This document shows, in pieces, positions 31,282-32,000 of a stretch of 32,000 bases of DNA. Every line of letters starts with the position of its first letter. Position 1 is the first letter of the stretch. The translations under genes and the position numbers were made by a program. A model generated the notes under the pieces. That model worked only from the letters and a program-made list of their open reading frames with translations. It was not told the origin of the DNA and made no database searches. The DNA lies in NCBI GenBank assembly GCA_049942765.1, contig CP188086.1:480001-512000 (forward strand). Direction: 5' to 3'. Source of the stretch: Candidatus Saccharimonadota bacterium. GTDB taxonomy: Bacteria; Pseudomonadota; Gammaproteobacteria; Enterobacterales; Enterobacteriaceae.

Positions 31282-31936
31282 AAATTTTATTACCTTTACT
31301 ATCTACTAAAATATGTAATTTTATTGAATGTAATAAAAATAATACAGTGTTTTTAATAGAAGAAACAACTGCCCTAGGTGTAATTGTAGCACCTGTAAAT
31401 TGATCAATTACTCCACCATCTTTTTTAATCGCAAAAAAATGATCATCTGAATTTAATAAATTCATTCCAGAGAAAACATTAATCCATTTTGAAATATTGA
31501 TGTCTATGTAGTCTCCTAATCCAGGTGTTTCATGATGACTAACAACTCTTACTCCAAGAATATTACCCAATAAATCAAAACCTACTAACATCTTAATCAT
31601 ACCTGAATATCCATTTGGAGCTGTAGTTTCAACGATTATAGCACACGACCTACCATGTTTTCGAACAATCCACAAAGAATGATCTAAATCATCACCTAAA
31701 ACAGAATATTTTATTAAATACTTTTCCTTTAGTATAGTAGAATCATATGATTCCAATTTAATAATATCATTAAGTAATAATAAAGTTTTTTTATCCTCTA
31801 TATGTTTTATATTATTATAAGTTAACACATGTACAAAAGCTGTCAGTCCTGAAAAGAACATAGAAAAAATGCCTATGATAAAAGCATCATGAAAAATTTT
31901 AATCCAGATATTGCTATATTTTTTTATCGTATCCAT
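31268..31936 (-). CDS. rnfG: Rnf/Rsx electron-transport complex subunit G
   Basis: ETTAPNGYSGMIKMLVG, SHHETPGLGD, KKDGG.IDQFTGATITPRAVV (FMN-attachment Thr motif) match E. coli RsxG. The ORF-track start at 31960 is possible, but the ATG at 31936 (MDTIKKY vs E. coli MLKTIRKH) aligns better and gives 222 aa. Confidence 0.9.
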   Translation of the reverse strand: MDTIKKYSNIWIKIFHDAFIIGIFSMFFSGLTAFVHVLTYNNIKHIEDKKTLLLLNDIIKLESYDSTILKEKYLIKYSVLGDDLDHSLWIVRKHGRSCAIIVETTAPNGYSGMIKMLVGFDLLGNILGVRVVSHHETPGLGDYIDINISKWINVFSGMNLLNSDDHFFAIKKDGGVIDQFTGATITPRAVVSSIKNTVLFLLHSIKLHILVDSKGNKIYVNK

Positions 31937-32000
31937 ATATTTTTGGTCTAGTATAAACATCTAACAACGGTACTAAAGAATTTCCTAATAAAACAGAAAA
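31914..32000 (-). CDS. rnfD: Rnf/Rsx complex subunit D, C-terminal fragment (runs off the window edge)
   Basis: Hand translation of the minus strand from 32000 gives FSVLLGNSLVPLLDVYTRPKIYGYDKKI*. This matches the E. coli RsxD C-terminus ...[26 protein letters not shown]. The stop TAG is at 31916..31914. The supplied ORF track does not list this fragment. Confidence 0.8.
   Translation of the reverse strand, partial: FSVLLGNSLVPLLDVYTRPKIYGYDKKI

Overview
This window is extremely AT-rich (about four fifths A+T by eye) and gene-dense. It carries 29 recognisable housekeeping CDSs whose products align closely with Enterobacterales proteins. The order is dapB-carAB-folA / apaH-rsmA(ksgA)-surA / yabI / rplY-nfo / glyQS / tgt / pheTS-rplT-rpmI-infC-thrS / aroH / ydiK / sufA(ydiC) / tyrS / nth-rnfE-rnfG-rnfD. 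Composition, gene order and missing regulators all fit a reduced insect endosymbiont of the Buchnera aphidicola type; that assignment is inference, not a database result. I found no rRNA, tRNA, CRISPR array, IS or phage element, and no convincing novel multi-gene system. Most of the window is ordinary conserved core genome. Six things deserve a second look. (1) A 1,463-bp gene-free spacer between tgt and pheT looks like a gene graveyard, with a plausible ihfA relic and a weaker queA relic. (2) A perfect 42-bp palindrome lies between ydiK and aroH. (3) infC starts at ATT three nt after the thrS stop, which the ORF track misses. (4) The only GC-rich hairpin of the window sits between rplT and pheS, where E. 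coli has the pheM attenuator. (5) sufA stands alone, and tgt is intact while its partner queA appears eroded. (6) Several ORF-track starts are over-extended or begin at TTG; I corrected them by alignment to E. coli homologues recalled from memory. All alignments were done by hand from memory and need computational confirmation.
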